Shown here: positions 1 to 10,862 of the stretch, piece after piece | Position numbering within the stretch: the first letter of the stretch is position 1 | Layout: each line of letters starts with the position of its first letter | NCBI GenBank assembly: GCA_047284725.1 | Contig: JBJBEO010000001.1 | Location: forward strand, 736,001 to 800,000 | DNA from: Synechococcus sp. | GTDB lineage: Bacteria > Cyanobacteriota > Cyanobacteriia > PCC-6307 > Cyanobiaceae | Reading direction: 5' to 3' | DNA length: 64,000 bases | Notes under the pieces: generated by a model | Database searches by the model: none | Seen by the model: the letters and a program-made list of their open reading frames with translations, nothing else | Told to the model about the DNA's origin: nothing | Made by a program: the position numbers and the translations under genes

Positions 1-212
1 GTAAGAACAGCAAGCGTAATCAAGACATGGTTGTGAATGCAGACGGCACCATTGATCTGTATTTCGGACCCACAGTCCCGGCCGGTCAGGAAGCGAATTG
101 GATACAGACAGTTCCAGGTAAGGGCTGGTTCGCAATCTTCCGCCTCTATGGCCCGCTGCAGCCCTGGTTCGACAAAACCTGGCAGCTCAACGACATTCAG
201 CCTCTTGGTTGA
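1..212 (+). CDS. DUF1254/DUF1214 family protein, C-terminal part (5' end outside window)
   Basis: NADGTIDLYFGP...NWIQTVPGKGWFAIFRLYGP closely matches the C-terminus of the downstream paralog. Confidence 0.85.
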   Translation, partial: KNSKRNQDMVVNADGTIDLYFGPTVPAGQEANWIQTVPGKGWFAIFRLYGPLQPWFDKTWQLNDIQPLG

Positions 213-249
213 GATTTAAATCGCCACTTCCCACTTTTTACGCTCAACT

Positions 250-1803
250 ATGACTGTTCTCAAGCACCTCCCCTCGACTGCCCTTTCCGCTTTGTTTTTG
301 GCATGTAGCGCAACTGCCCTTCATGCTGCCGATGGGAAGCCCAAGGGCTACAACACGCCAATTCCCGTTGATGTGTTGACCCCCGATACTGTTAAAACCC
401 GAATCGGCACGTTTAAGTATTTCGATGGTTTCCCCGATGATCAAACCATGCGCAAGGCCCGCCGTCAGGTGGATCTTGGGCGTGGTGTGCAGACGTTCCT
501 GAACTTCATGCCGGCAGCATCCATCGAGATGCTCTACGTCGGCCACCGTGATGGGTACGGCTTGAAGTCGAATCGCGATATCGGCTTGTTTGAGGGGCTG
601 ATGAGCTCCGAATCGCTTTGGCTCACCGGCAACACCGATACGGTGTATGCCTCAGCGTTTCTCGATCTCAGCGACGGCCCTGTCGTCGTCGAAGTGCCGG
701 AGGGCACCGGGCCAGGTACTGTCAACGACGCCTTCTTCCGCTTTGTGGTCGACATGGGCGGCCCTGGTCCAGACAAAGGTAAAGGTGGCAAGTATCTGAT
801 CCTTGGGCCCGGGCACCAAGCACCCGCCAACACCGACGGTTATTTCGTAGCGACCACCCCCAGCAAGATCAACTGGTTGATTCTTCGCGGCTTTCTTAAT
901 GAGCAAGGCAAGCCCGATACGGCGAAGTCGGCCTTCAAGACTGGTCTCAAGGTGTATCCCTTTGCGCAAAGGGCCAATCCCCCTGCCAACACGTTCACCA
1001 ACCTCACCGGTTCAGACGTGAACACGATCCACGCCAATGACTTCAAGTTCTACGAAGAACTCAATGACGTGATTCAGCGTGAGCCTTCCGCGATGTTCTC
1101 CCCTGAACTCCTCGGTATGGCTTCGGCCATTGGCATTCAAAAAGGCAAGCCTTTCAACCCTTCAAGCGACCAAAAAGCTTTGCTGACCGAGGCCGTTGCC
1201 ATTGGTAATGCCACGGCGCGCTCGATTCTGTTTGCCCCGCAAGATCCCAAGGCGTACATTTATCAGGGCAAAGCGGGCTACTGGCAAACCGGATTCCCCG
1301 GTGGCAATCACGACTATGTCGTCAATGGCGGTCAGGGTGGGCGTGACATGGATGGCCGCACCCTGTTCTTCTACCTCGCCACGGTGAACACGCCGGCGAT
1401 GGTGCTGGAACTGCCTGGCGTGGGTTCCCAGTACGCCTTCACTTCTCGGGACAGTGGCGGTGCCTATCTGGATGGGTCGAAAACCTACAAACTCAACATT
1501 CCCGCCAATCCTCCCGCCCAGCGTTTCTGGTCGTTTGTGGTCTACGACCCGCAAACCCGCTCAATGCTGCAGAGCAAGGAGATGCCTTACCCCAGCAAGA
1601 ACAACAAACGCAATCCGGAGATGGCCAAGAACGCCGACGGCAGCATTGATCTGTACTTCGGTCCGGAACCCCCTGCAGGCAAAAAAGCCAACTGGGTGAA
1701 GACGGTTCCAGGGAAGGGCTGGTTCGGCATCTTCCGTCTTTACGGCCCAGGCCAGGAGTGGTTTGACCGCACCTGGAAGTTGGGATCGATTGAACAACTT
1801 TGA
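250..1803 (+). CDS. Secreted DUF1254/DUF1214 domain protein
   Basis: Signal peptide; TGNTDTVY, FWSFVVYD and DGSIDLYFGP...FRLYGP motifs. Confidence 0.85.
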   Translation: MTVLKHLPSTALSALFLACSATALHAADGKPKGYNTPIPVDVLTPDTVKTRIGTFKYFDGFPDDQTMRKARRQVDLGRGVQTFLNFMPAASIEMLYVGHRDGYGLKSNRDIGLFEGLMSSESLWLTGNTDTVYASAFLDLSDGPVVVEVPEGTGPGTVNDAFFRFVVDMGGPGPDKGKGGKYLILGPGHQAPANTDGYFVATTPSKINWLILRGFLNEQGKPDTAKSAFKTGLKVYPFAQRANPPANTFTNLTGSDVNTIHANDFKFYEELNDVIQREPSAMFSPELLGMASAIGIQKGKPFNPSSDQKALLTEAVAIGNATARSILFAPQDPKAYIYQGKAGYWQTGFPGGNHDYVVNGGQGGRDMDGRTLFFYLATVNTPAMVLELPGVGSQYAFTSRDSGGAYLDGSKTYKLNIPANPPAQRFWSFVVYDPQTRSMLQSKEMPYPSKNNKRNPEMAKNADGSIDLYFGPEPPAGKKANWVKTVPGKGWFGIFRLYGPGQEWFDRTWKLGSIEQL

Positions 1804-1880
1804 GTCACGGGTTGAGATGGCTCTGCTCTGACGCCATACCCATGACCTGACTCTTTCGTCCTTTTTGCACTGAACTTCTG

Positions 1881-3230
1881 ATGGCTCGATCTGTTGATGT
1901 GGTTGTGATTGGTGGTGGTTTTGCCGGCATCACAGCAGCCCGTGACCTGCAAAAGCGTGGCTACGACGTGCTTGTTCTCGAAGCCCGTGATCGGCTAGGT
2001 GGGCGCACCTGGAGTGAGCATCGCAACGGCTTTCATGTGGAGTTGGGAGGCACCTGGGTGCATTGGACCCAGCCCTTCGTGTGGGCCGAGAAGGAGCGTT
2101 ACGGCCTCGAGGTTCAGGAGACACCAGGCTGTGTCGCCGAGCGGGTGGCGATCAAAATCGACGGTCAGGTTCAGGAGTTGCGGGAATCGCAGCTTGGTGA
2201 ATTTGTGGAGGGTTTTGAGCACTTTTTTGCCGAGTCAAAGGGCGTCTGGGAGCGTCCCTATGACGTGCACCACTGCTGGGATGCGGTGTGTGAACGCGAC
2301 GGCCTGACCGTCGCTGATCGTCTCAACGCCCTCGAGCTCACGCCCTTGCAGCGCACCAGCATCGGTGGATTTCTCGAGATCCTCAGCATGAACCAACCGC
2401 AGAACGCCTCCTACGTGGAGATGATGCGCTGTTGGTCGCTCACCGGTTGGAATTATGAGCTGTTCAATGACACCGCAGCCCGGTACAAGTTCACCCAAGG
2501 CACCGGTGCCTTGGTGGAGGCGATGACCAGCGACGGTGGTTTTGAGGTTTCGCTGAACACATCGGTGCGCGCTGTTCAGCAATCCAGCGATGGCGTCTGC
2601 GTCACCACGGAGTCAGGTGAGCTGGTGATTGCCAAACGTGCGGTGGTGACCGTTCCATTGAACGTGCTGCATAGCGTCGACTTTGATCCGCCCCTCTCCG
2701 AGGTGAAGTTGGAAGCCTCCCGCCTCAAACATGTCGGCGGTGGCTACAAAGTGTTTTTTGAAGTGGAGGGGGACCCCGGCGCGGTGATGACCTTGTCGCG
2801 ATCCACCGATTCACCGCTGATCGGCAGCTTCACCTACAAACGTGGTGAACAGCACTCCGTGCTGGCCGGTTTCAGTCTGGAACCCGGAGCTCTGGACAAG
2901 TCGGTGGAGGAGTGGCAAGTGGTGCTGGGGGAATTCATTCCCGGCGTGAAGTTGCTGTCCACCTTCGGACATGACTGGGGTGCAGACGATCTCTCCCGGG
3001 GGAGCTGGGCCACCTATCGGCCTGGAACCGTGGCTTGCTTCAGCGATGAACTGCCGCGTCAGGAAGGCCATGTTTTCTTTGCATCCGGAGACCATGCCCA
3101 GGGCTGGCGCGGATTCATCGAAGGAGCCATTGCCAGTGGCTCCCGCACGGCTGTAACTGTGGCCGACAGCCTGATCTCTCAGACTGCCAGCACACCGGTG
3201 GCGTCAGTCAAACAGCCAGCGCAGGCCTAA
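1881..3230 (+). CDS. Flavin monoamine oxidase family protein
   Basis: VVVIGGGFAG Rossmann motif, LEARDRLGGR, ELGGTW, C-terminal GFIEGAIASG. Confidence 0.9.
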   Translation: MARSVDVVVIGGGFAGITAARDLQKRGYDVLVLEARDRLGGRTWSEHRNGFHVELGGTWVHWTQPFVWAEKERYGLEVQETPGCVAERVAIKIDGQVQELRESQLGEFVEGFEHFFAESKGVWERPYDVHHCWDAVCERDGLTVADRLNALELTPLQRTSIGGFLEILSMNQPQNASYVEMMRCWSLTGWNYELFNDTAARYKFTQGTGALVEAMTSDGGFEVSLNTSVRAVQQSSDGVCVTTESGELVIAKRAVVTVPLNVLHSVDFDPPLSEVKLEASRLKHVGGGYKVFFEVEGDPGAVMTLSRSTDSPLIGSFTYKRGEQHSVLAGFSLEPGALDKSVEEWQVVLGEFIPGVKLLSTFGHDWGADDLSRGSWATYRPGTVACFSDELPRQEGHVFFASGDHAQGWRGFIEGAIASGSRTAVTVADSLISQTASTPVASVKQPAQA

Positions 3231-4292
3231 GTTCACGCCGCTTTGATCCACGCTGTAGGAGTTCCCACCTCCGCCGGCGTAATCAAGGCCGAAATACTTA
3301 TAGGAGAGGGAGAGCTGAGCCGAGTTGCCCAGGGCGTAGGCAATGCCTGCCTGGGCGGTTCCACTCAGATCCCGCTCTCCGCTCAGACCGAATCCGCCTG
3401 CATCGAGGTAGGCAAAGGCTTGCCAGTCTTCGCTGATGGCGTAGGTGCCAAAGACACCAATCAGTGGTTGAACCCAGGTATTGCCGTAGCTTTCCCCCGA
3501 CGCTCTCTCCAGCTCGCGGGTGAATTCCCTGCTGACGCGTCTCCCGTCAACGGACACCGTGGTATTGCTTTTCACCGTCCAGTTGGTGTGGATGTTGGCA
3601 TCGATGACGCGTGCTCCCATGAGGCCAACGAAGCTGCTGCTTCCCTTCTCCATCCGTGGTTTCTGAATCGCTCCCCCCCGGTAACGGAAGGCCAGATCGA
3701 CGATGGTTTGATTGGCTTCAACATCGAGATCAAGATCACCCTTCACGCGAATGGTGCGCTCACGCAGACCTGCCGGAAGACCGAGTCGATTGCGTAGCGG
3801 GTTGCTGGTTTCCTTGTAAACAGATGCGGACTGGCTGTCGGAAAGACTGCCGTGATAGACCCCGGCCATAAAACCAAGGCGACCGTATTCCACCTGGGCT
3901 TTAAAGGTGAGCGCCTCATCCAGTGTCTCGATCACATCGGAGAGAGGAAGACTTGTCCTTGATGTGTTGCCGTTGATGCTTGTCGTCGTGTAAGTCGTCG
4001 GCACCAGGAACGCATAGAGATCGAGGTACACGCGCCAGGCGTCTTCTTCGTCTGGTGTGGGCTCCAGTTCGATGTCGATCTCTTCGGCCTGACTGAGTAC
4101 GAGTGGAGTCGTGAAATCAGCTTCGCTTCCAACTCCAGATGAAGTGCCGACCTTTGGCTTTGCTGCGACTTCCACACTCAGGCTGCTCAGGCTTGCCAGA
4201 AGTGCCAGGGATAAAGTTCGCATCGCAGCAGACATTGAAGTGTCATCACGGTAGGGATAGCTTTGAACTTCTGCATTGGCGTTTGGTCCCAT
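3204..4292 (-). CDS. Putative outer-membrane beta-barrel protein (true start probably a downstream Met)
   Basis: Signal-like segment, alternating beta-strand pattern, C-terminal GVNLGLRWLF. Confidence 0.6.
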   Translation of the reverse strand: MGPNANAEVQSYPYRDDTSMSAAMRTLSLALLASLSSLSVEVAAKPKVGTSSGVGSEADFTTPLVLSQAEEIDIELEPTPDEEDAWRVYLDLYAFLVPTTYTTTSINGNTSRTSLPLSDVIETLDEALTFKAQVEYGRLGFMAGVYHGSLSDSQSASVYKETSNPLRNRLGLPAGLRERTIRVKGDLDLDVEANQTIVDLAFRYRGGAIQKPRMEKGSSSFVGLMGARVIDANIHTNWTVKSNTTVSVDGRRVSREFTRELERASGESYGNTWVQPLIGVFGTYAISEDWQAFAYLDAGGFGLSGERDLSGTAQAGIAYALGNSAQLSLSYKYFGLDYAGGGGNSYSVDQSGVNLGLRWLFD

Positions 4293-4563
4293 CCGTGCGA
4301 AGTTGTCGTTGACAGAACTTGTTCACTTGGCAGCCATTCGACAGCCAATCCCTGCGTCGTTCGTGTGTTTGACGTTTGTGCAACGACTGGTGTTCTCTGT
4401 TGTGATATTGCAGCGTGGATCGCTCGCTTTTGTTTCTTGATGTTTTGTTTCTGGTCTTGAGTGTTCAGATTTGCCGGGTTGGTGGTTTTTTGTGTTTCAA
4501 GCTTGTGGTGATGAATCAATTTTTGAACCATCAGCGTAAGCTTGTTCGGCTGAAGTTTTTGTA

Positions 4564-5412
4564 ATGACTGATCGGCAAGGGCGCATGGTGCTCGTCCCTG
4601 GAGGTGAGTATCGCGTTGGCTCCGACTCTTTTTATCCAGAGGAGACGCCCGTCCGCTCCATTCAGGTGGATCCTTTTTTGCTTGATGTGGCACCGGTCAC
4701 AAATGCCGATTTTGCTCGCTTTGTTGCTGAGACTGGTTATCTCACAGTGTCTGAAAAGCTTCCGGATCCTGATCTATATCCCAACCTGCCACAGGAGGAG
4801 CAATGCCCGGAATCCGCGGTGTTCATTCCTCCTCCGATCAGTGTGGATCGCAGTCAACCTCTTTCTTGGTGGGCATTGGTTGAAGGTGCGGATTGGCGTC
4901 ACCCGCAGGGGCCTGCGACTGATATCAAGAACCTCCAGGACCACCCCGTGGTGCATCTTGCCTACGAGGATGCCGTGGCCTATGCCCAGTGGGCGGGGAA
5001 ACGCCTGCCAACCGCGGATGAATGGGAAGTGGCGGCACGTGGTGGTTTGGTCGAGCAGGACTATGCCTGGGGCTCTGAAATGACCCCAGGTGGCCAGTGG
5101 TTGGCCAATGTCTGGCAAGGGCCCTTCCCCTGGATCAATGAGCAGAGCGATGGCTGGTTCTGGACGTCGCCTGTCGGCAGCTTCCCGGCCAATGGCTACG
5201 GCTTGGTCGACATGTGTGGCAACGTCTGGGAATGGACGTCGACGTTGTTTCCAGTCCCCAAAGGTGAACAGGAACGACGGATCATCAAGGGTGGGTCGTT
5301 TCTGTGTGCGGAAAATTACTGCCACCGGTTCCGCCCGGCTGCACTGATGGGCCAGACGACGGACACTGCCACCTGTCACATGGGCTTTCGCTGCGCATCG
5401 GATTCATTGTGA
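4564..5412 (+). CDS. Formylglycine-generating enzyme (sulfatase-modifying factor)
   Basis: RLPTADEWE, NGYGLVDMCGNVWEW, KGGSFLCAENYC, GFRC motifs. Confidence 0.92.
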   Translation: MTDRQGRMVLVPGGEYRVGSDSFYPEETPVRSIQVDPFLLDVAPVTNADFARFVAETGYLTVSEKLPDPDLYPNLPQEEQCPESAVFIPPPISVDRSQPLSWWALVEGADWRHPQGPATDIKNLQDHPVVHLAYEDAVAYAQWAGKRLPTADEWEVAARGGLVEQDYAWGSEMTPGGQWLANVWQGPFPWINEQSDGWFWTSPVGSFPANGYGLVDMCGNVWEWTSTLFPVPKGEQERRIIKGGSFLCAENYCHRFRPAALMGQTTDTATCHMGFRCASDSL

Positions 5413-5844
5413 GCGCTGTTGCCGTTGATCGATGATCATCAACACGCCCAGAACAAGGTGGAGGCAAGCGGCCGCCCACACCACCAGGCCCCCAGAGATC
5501 GCCTTGGTGATCAGAGCGAACAGGAGCACAGACGCAAAACTGTTGTAGATCGCCAGTCCTCGTTGCGCGGATCGCGGGCAGGGTTTGCTTGTGCAAGACA
5601 CCCCGAGTCCAAGGAGGGCCAGCCCATAGAGCTGAGCCAAGGGACGCTCTGCTCCACTGACATCAGTTTGAAACAGCAGTTGGATCATCAGCCCCGGTAA
5701 GCACAGCAGCGTGATGCCGGTGATCAGCTCAACAGCAGCGGCGATGCGATATAGACGGCGTCGAGGGAGCATGGCTGGTCGACCTGTTGTGGTTGCTCGT
5801 TGTTTAGCGACAGAAAAACGTTTGGATTGATCCCAATGGTGCAC
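5404..5844 (-). CDS. Small membrane protein, about four TM segments (start uncertain)
   Basis: Four hydrophobic stretches in the ORF. Confidence 0.6.
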   Translation of the reverse strand: MHHWDQSKRFSVAKQRATTTGRPAMLPRRRLYRIAAAVELITGITLLCLPGLMIQLLFQTDVSGAERPLAQLYGLALLGLGVSCTSKPCPRSAQRGLAIYNSFASVLLFALITKAISGGLVVWAAACLHLVLGVLMIIDQRQQRSQ

Positions 5845-5931
5845 GGTTGGTTGATGTTGTCACTCATAACGTCAACCCCTGGCTAACGAAGAGGAAGTTC
5901 CAAGGCCTCGTTGCCTCATCAAGGTCACGCC

Positions 5932-8352
5932 ATGTCTGATCCGATTAAGTTGCCTCGCTTGCTTCGCCGCCTGGCCGTGGGTAGCGGTTTGTTGCTGGCG
6001 ACCAGTGTGTCGATTGCCGGCGTGACCCAAGGCCAAGCACAGGCGCGTGAATTTGATCGGACGAAACTCCCGATTGCGGAACCAAGGCCTGAAAAGGTCA
6101 CCAAGGTGCTTCCTTCCGAGGTTCCGTTGCCCCCACAGTGGGAGGTGACGGCACCAGCCGGTGCCCCCAACGTGGTGATCATCCTTCTCGACGATGTCGG
6201 TTATGCAGCACCCTCCGCCTTTGGTGGGGTGGTGAACATGCCGACGGCGGAAAAGCTCGCCCAGAATGGCCTTCGCTACAACCGGTTTCACACCACTGCT
6301 CTGTGTGCGCCGACACGTGCGGCGTTGAAGTCCGGACGCAACCACCACAAGGTCAACACAGGTTCGATTCCGGAGATTGCCACGGGCTATGCGGGCAACT
6401 CCACGGTGGTTCCGGATTATGCCGTCCCGGTTGCAGAAATCCTCAGACTCAACGGCTACAACACAGCGGCTTTCGGCAAATGGCATGAAACCCCGGGCCG
6501 TGAGACCACGGCAGCTGGTCCCCAGACCCGCTGGCCAACGCGGCAGGGATTCGAGAAGTTCTATGGCTTCGTGGGTGCCGAAGACAACATGTGGGAACCC
6601 ACCATTCACGATGGTGTCACCGTTGTCGATGCACCGCAGAAAGATCGGTATCACTTCACCGAAGATATGACCGACCAGGCGATCGGCTGGGTGCGCCAGC
6701 AGAAGGCCATCAAGCCAGACAAGCCATTTTTCATCTATTACTCCTCAGCCGGTGCACACTCCCCGCATCATGTGGGTCAGGAATGGATTGCCAAATACAG
6801 AGGCAAGTTTGATGAAGGCTGGGATGTTCTGCGGGCACGTAATCTTGAGAATCAGATCAAGGCAGGTGTTGTTCCTCCAGGCACGCAGATGGCGAAGGCA
6901 CCAGATAGTGTGCCGAAATGGGATAGTCTCACGCCTCAACAGCAGCGAATCTATGCCCGTCAGGCAGAAGTTTTTGCTGCTTTTACTGAGCACTCTGATC
7001 ACGAAGCAGGACGTTTGATTCAAGCCATCGATGACCTTGGTGAGCTTGACAACACGTTGGTGATTTATGTCACGGGTGACAATGGTGCCAGTGTTGAAGG
7101 GGATATGAGCGGTCATTGGAACTGGAATCATTTCCTCAACGGTGTTGAAGAAACCCCGGATGAGCAGGAAGCGAAACTGGATGAATGGGGTGGACCGACC
7201 ACTTATCCCATGTATCACCTCGGCTGGGCGATCGCCTTCAATTCACCCTTTGCTCTCTCCAAGCAGGTGGCCGGTGATTTCGGTGGAACGCGCAATGGCA
7301 CGGTGATCCACTGGCCTGAGCGCATCCGGCAGGGTGGTGGCATTCGCACGCAATTTTCGCATGTGAATGATGTGGCTCCCACGATTCTCGAGGCGGCCAG
7401 GCTGCCGATGCCCTCCATGATCAATGGCATCCCGCAGATTCCAATGCAAGGCACCAGCCTTCTCTATACATTCGATAATCCAGGTGCAAAAGAAAGGCAT
7501 AATACGCAGTATTTTGAGATCATTGGCAACCGCGGTATCTATCACAATGGTTGGATGGCGCGGACAACAATCATGTATCCCTGGATGGCGCCGAATCGAA
7601 TGAACTCGGTTGCGGCCGATGATGGTTGGCAGCTCTATGACACGACGGTTGATTTCAGTCTTTCCAATGACCTTGCGGAACAATATCCTGATCGACTTGA
7701 AGCGATGAAGGCGAAGTTCATGGAGGAGGCGATTGAGAATCAGGTGTTGCCCCTGGACGACCGTCTGCTTGAGCGTCTGGTGCCGTCTGTCGCTGGTCGA
7801 CCGACACTGTTAGGTGACCGGACGTCCATGGACTTGTATCCCTATGCCTGGAACATGGTTGAAGACTCGATCATCAATGTGAAGAACGTGTCGAATAGTG
7901 TGACGGCCTATGTTGATGTGAAAGGGGGTGATGAAGATGGTGTGATCTTCTCCCAGGGTGGTCGATTTGGGGGTTGGTCCCTTTACGTTGAAAACAACAA
8001 GCCCTCTTACACTTACAACTACATGGGAGAGCTGTTTACGTTCACGAGTTCTAAGTCATTGCCTGCAGGTCAGTCCGAAATTCGCTTTGAGCTCGACTAT
8101 GACGGCGGTGGTGTTGGAAAGGGTGCTGATGTTCGGATGAAACTGAATGGGGAGGTGGTCGCTGAGGGTCGCTTGGAGAAGACGATTGCCTCACGTTTCT
8201 CCATTGATGAAGGCGCCGATGTCGGTCTTGATCGAGGCTCGGCTGTCACTGTTAAAACCATTGGCCCTCGGCGTTACAGCGCCTATGGAGGTCAGATCAA
8301 CAAGGTGACGATTCAGATCTACCCCAAAGACACGGATGTTGCGCTGAAGTGA
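5932..8352 (+). CDS. Arylsulfatase (type I, Cys-type), exported
   Basis: PNVVIILLDDVG, CAPTRAALKSG (CxPxR), FGKWH, GDNG; N-terminal signal with RR. Confidence 0.93.
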   Translation: MSDPIKLPRLLRRLAVGSGLLLATSVSIAGVTQGQAQAREFDRTKLPIAEPRPEKVTKVLPSEVPLPPQWEVTAPAGAPNVVIILLDDVGYAAPSAFGGVVNMPTAEKLAQNGLRYNRFHTTALCAPTRAALKSGRNHHKVNTGSIPEIATGYAGNSTVVPDYAVPVAEILRLNGYNTAAFGKWHETPGRETTAAGPQTRWPTRQGFEKFYGFVGAEDNMWEPTIHDGVTVVDAPQKDRYHFTEDMTDQAIGWVRQQKAIKPDKPFFIYYSSAGAHSPHHVGQEWIAKYRGKFDEGWDVLRARNLENQIKAGVVPPGTQMAKAPDSVPKWDSLTPQQQRIYARQAEVFAAFTEHSDHEAGRLIQAIDDLGELDNTLVIYVTGDNGASVEGDMSGHWNWNHFLNGVEETPDEQEAKLDEWGGPTTYPMYHLGWAIAFNSPFALSKQVAGDFGGTRNGTVIHWPERIRQGGGIRTQFSHVNDVAPTILEAARLPMPSMINGIPQIPMQGTSLLYTFDNPGAKERHNTQYFEIIGNRGIYHNGWMARTTIMYPWMAPNRMNSVAADDGWQLYDTTVDFSLSNDLAEQYPDRLEAMKAKFMEEAIENQVLPLDDRLLERLVPSVAGRPTLLGDRTSMDLYPYAWNMVEDSIINVKNVSNSVTAYVDVKGGDEDGVIFSQGGRFGGWSLYVENNKPSYTYNYMGELFTFTSSKSLPAGQSEIRFELDYDGGGVGKGADVRMKLNGEVVAEGRLEKTIASRFSIDEGADVGLDRGSAVTVKTIGPRRYSAYGGQINKVTIQIYPKDTDVALK

Positions 8353-8603
8353 TCTGACCGATTCCCGCACCAAGCATTCAGGTGGCTGCAAGTTGTAGCC
8401 ACCTTTTTTGTTGGCGAAGGGAAAGCCCTCATCCGCTGATCACCGTCGCAGCTTCTGCCGTTGGAGAGCTTGTCCAAGAACGGTCTGGCTGGTCTCAGTC
8501 TTGAGTTCTGACTGCAAACCTGTACAGCCGGAAGGTTCTGGTGCTGGGCTTCTCGGGGATTCGAGGACTTGTTTTCCGCTCTAGTTTTGTTTCTTCAACG
8601 GAG

Positions 8604-9638
8604 TTAAGTCAGCGAGTTTATCAGTGTTGCACGGGGTGTTTCGTCGAAATGAGTCCTGTAGGCCCTTGCGAAGTGCCCGCGGCTGCGGAATCCGCAGTGT
8701 TCGGAGATATCGGAAACGGTGTAAAGCGCATGTTGCTGCCTGGCCTCAGGAGATCGCAGCAGGGTGTGAACTTGTTGCAGGCGAATGGTGCGTAGCAGTT
8801 CCATGGGTCCACAAGCGAAATTGTCTTTCGTGCCGAGGATCAGGGTGCGTCTTGACGTGTAGAGCTGCTCACAGATTTGATCGAGGCTTGCATGGGACCC
8901 AAGGTTAAGGGTGCTCCATCGCACCAATTCACGGACTAATTCATTGCGTTTGGATAGGACAAAAGGGGTAAAATAATTGCTGCGACTCTGGAGACTTTCG
9001 ATGATTGCGGTGAAAAGAGTTTGAGCACTCAAGACATTGTTCCGTAGGGTGAGAGGAGGGTTTTCTATCAGTGCTTGAATGTGTTGGCATAGGTTTTTGT
9101 GTCTGTCCGGATCGAGGCTGAGGCTGTTGCTGGCCAGCAGAGGCTCGATCAAATGTTCATGGCCAGTCTTGGTGAGGAGGTTGTTGAAGCGTCTGGCGCT
9201 GCTGATGGCGATCAGGCTTACAGATCCAGCGCTTAGTTGGAAGTGTGATTCCCTCAGATTTTGGTTGAAGCCGTACAGCCCGAATGGGTCAAAAGACTGA
9301 CATTGCACGCGGTGATCTTTGCTATTTCCAGTGCATTCCAGGCAAAAACTGATGCAGTCTTCTCCTCGATTGCCATTCAGCAACAGCACTTGATTGGTGC
9401 TGATCTTCAGCAGGCTGATCCCCTCAAGATGCAGAACACTGAAGTGACCCTGTAGTGGCCCTGAGCTCAGCTGCACCACATAAAAGTCTTTGCCCAGACC
9501 TTTCAGGCATTGGGCCAATTCACAGGCGCTAACAAATGATGTGTTGGTCTTCGTGACGACGGCCCTTGGGCCTGCCGTTGAAGTCTGGGAAGCTGTGTCA
9601 AGAGCAGTTTGCGCTGAAGAGAGATGGTGATGCATCAC
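8604..9638 (-). CDS. AraC family transcriptional regulator
   Basis: C-terminal double HTH: TVSDISEHCGFRSRGHFARAYRTHFDETP. Confidence 0.88.
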   Translation of the reverse strand: MMHHHLSSAQTALDTASQTSTAGPRAVVTKTNTSFVSACELAQCLKGLGKDFYVVQLSSGPLQGHFSVLHLEGISLLKISTNQVLLLNGNRGEDCISFCLECTGNSKDHRVQCQSFDPFGLYGFNQNLRESHFQLSAGSVSLIAISSARRFNNLLTKTGHEHLIEPLLASNSLSLDPDRHKNLCQHIQALIENPPLTLRNNVLSAQTLFTAIIESLQSRSNYFTPFVLSKRNELVRELVRWSTLNLGSHASLDQICEQLYTSRRTLILGTKDNFACGPMELLRTIRLQQVHTLLRSPEARQQHALYTVSDISEHCGFRSRGHFARAYRTHFDETPRATLINSLT

Positions 9639-9716
9639 TGGCCTTGCACTCCATCCCTCTAAACACTGACTTGCAAGCTAGGCATAAACTCACTGCTGTA
9701 ATCGTTCGGTTTTATT

Positions 9717-10862
9717 TTGAAGTCAAAAGGTGGTCGGTTGGATCGAGGATCATCCTCTCGCCTGATCGATCGTCTCGTGGCTGGGTCTTGTCTCAGACCG
9801 TCCGTGGTGTTCACGGCAATGGGTGATGGACCTGTCTCGTGGCGCCGCTTGGTTGTGGCGGCTCAATTGGTGTTGCCCGGACTGTTTCTGGAGCCGTTGG
9901 CCTGGTGTCAGGATTTGCTTCTCTACCGCAAGCTGCGGTCTCTTCAGGTACCCGATGACCCTGTGGTGATCGTGGGGCACTGGCGCAGTGGTACGACGTT
10001 GTTGCACCAACTGTTGGCGGCCGATCCGGCGATGGCCACAGCGCGCAACAGTTTGACGATCGCGCCTCAGGTTGCGGTGCTGCTCAAGCCCCTGCTGGTG
10101 CCGCTGTTGCAGCGGTTGATGACGCCCATTCGCCCCATCGACGCTGTGGCCTGGGGTGCCATGGATCCTCAGGAAGATGAAATCGGCCTGGCCAGGCTCA
10201 CCTGCGACACGAACATGGCCGGTGTGGCGTTCCCGCATCAATATCGACGGAATTTCCGCTGTCGGGTATTGCAGTCGACCCCGAGCTTGGAGCGGCAGCT
10301 GCATCATTTCAGCCAGCTCACCTGGCTCCACGATGGGGCAGGGAAACGACGTCTGCTCATCAAGAATCCCGCTCACACGGCCCGCATGCCGCTTTTGTTG
10401 ACACTGTTCCCCCGGGCCAAGGTTGTGTTGTTGAAGCGAGATCCGATGGATTCGGTTCGCTCCTTGGTGCAGGTCAAGCAGTGTTTGGCTGATCTGGTCG
10501 CTCTTCAAGCCCCGCTGGATGAGGTCACTCAGGTGGAGGAAACAGCAGAAGCGCACCGATTGTTGATGAGAGCCTTCAATGCCTCACGCCATTTGATTCC
10601 GCCTGGTCAGCTGGTGGAGGTTGATTACAAGGATCTGTTGGCGAATCCGTTGAGAACAGTCGAGAACATTTATCAACGTCTGGAACTGGGTGGTTGGTCG
10701 CAAGCTCATGCATCCGTGGCCCGTTGCGCTGCATCGGCAGCTCATTACCGTCCACGACCTGTGCATCTCAGTGATGAGGCGGAAGCACGCCTGCAGGAGC
10801 TGATGCAACCTGCAGGCGCAGGAGCGGTTACTCGCCGAAGGCCACCTGGCAGGCGGCATTGA
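9717..10862 (+). CDS. Sulfotransferase family protein (start uncertain)
   Basis: PAPS-binding IVGHWRSGTTLL, LIKNPAH, KRDP motifs. Confidence 0.85.
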   Translation: MKSKGGRLDRGSSSRLIDRLVAGSCLRPSVVFTAMGDGPVSWRRLVVAAQLVLPGLFLEPLAWCQDLLLYRKLRSLQVPDDPVVIVGHWRSGTTLLHQLLAADPAMATARNSLTIAPQVAVLLKPLLVPLLQRLMTPIRPIDAVAWGAMDPQEDEIGLARLTCDTNMAGVAFPHQYRRNFRCRVLQSTPSLERQLHHFSQLTWLHDGAGKRRLLIKNPAHTARMPLLLTLFPRAKVVLLKRDPMDSVRSLVQVKQCLADLVALQAPLDEVTQVEETAEAHRLLMRAFNASRHLIPPGQLVEVDYKDLLANPLRTVENIYQRLELGGWSQAHASVARCAASAAHYRPRPVHLSDEAEARLQELMQPAGAGAVTRRRPPGRRH

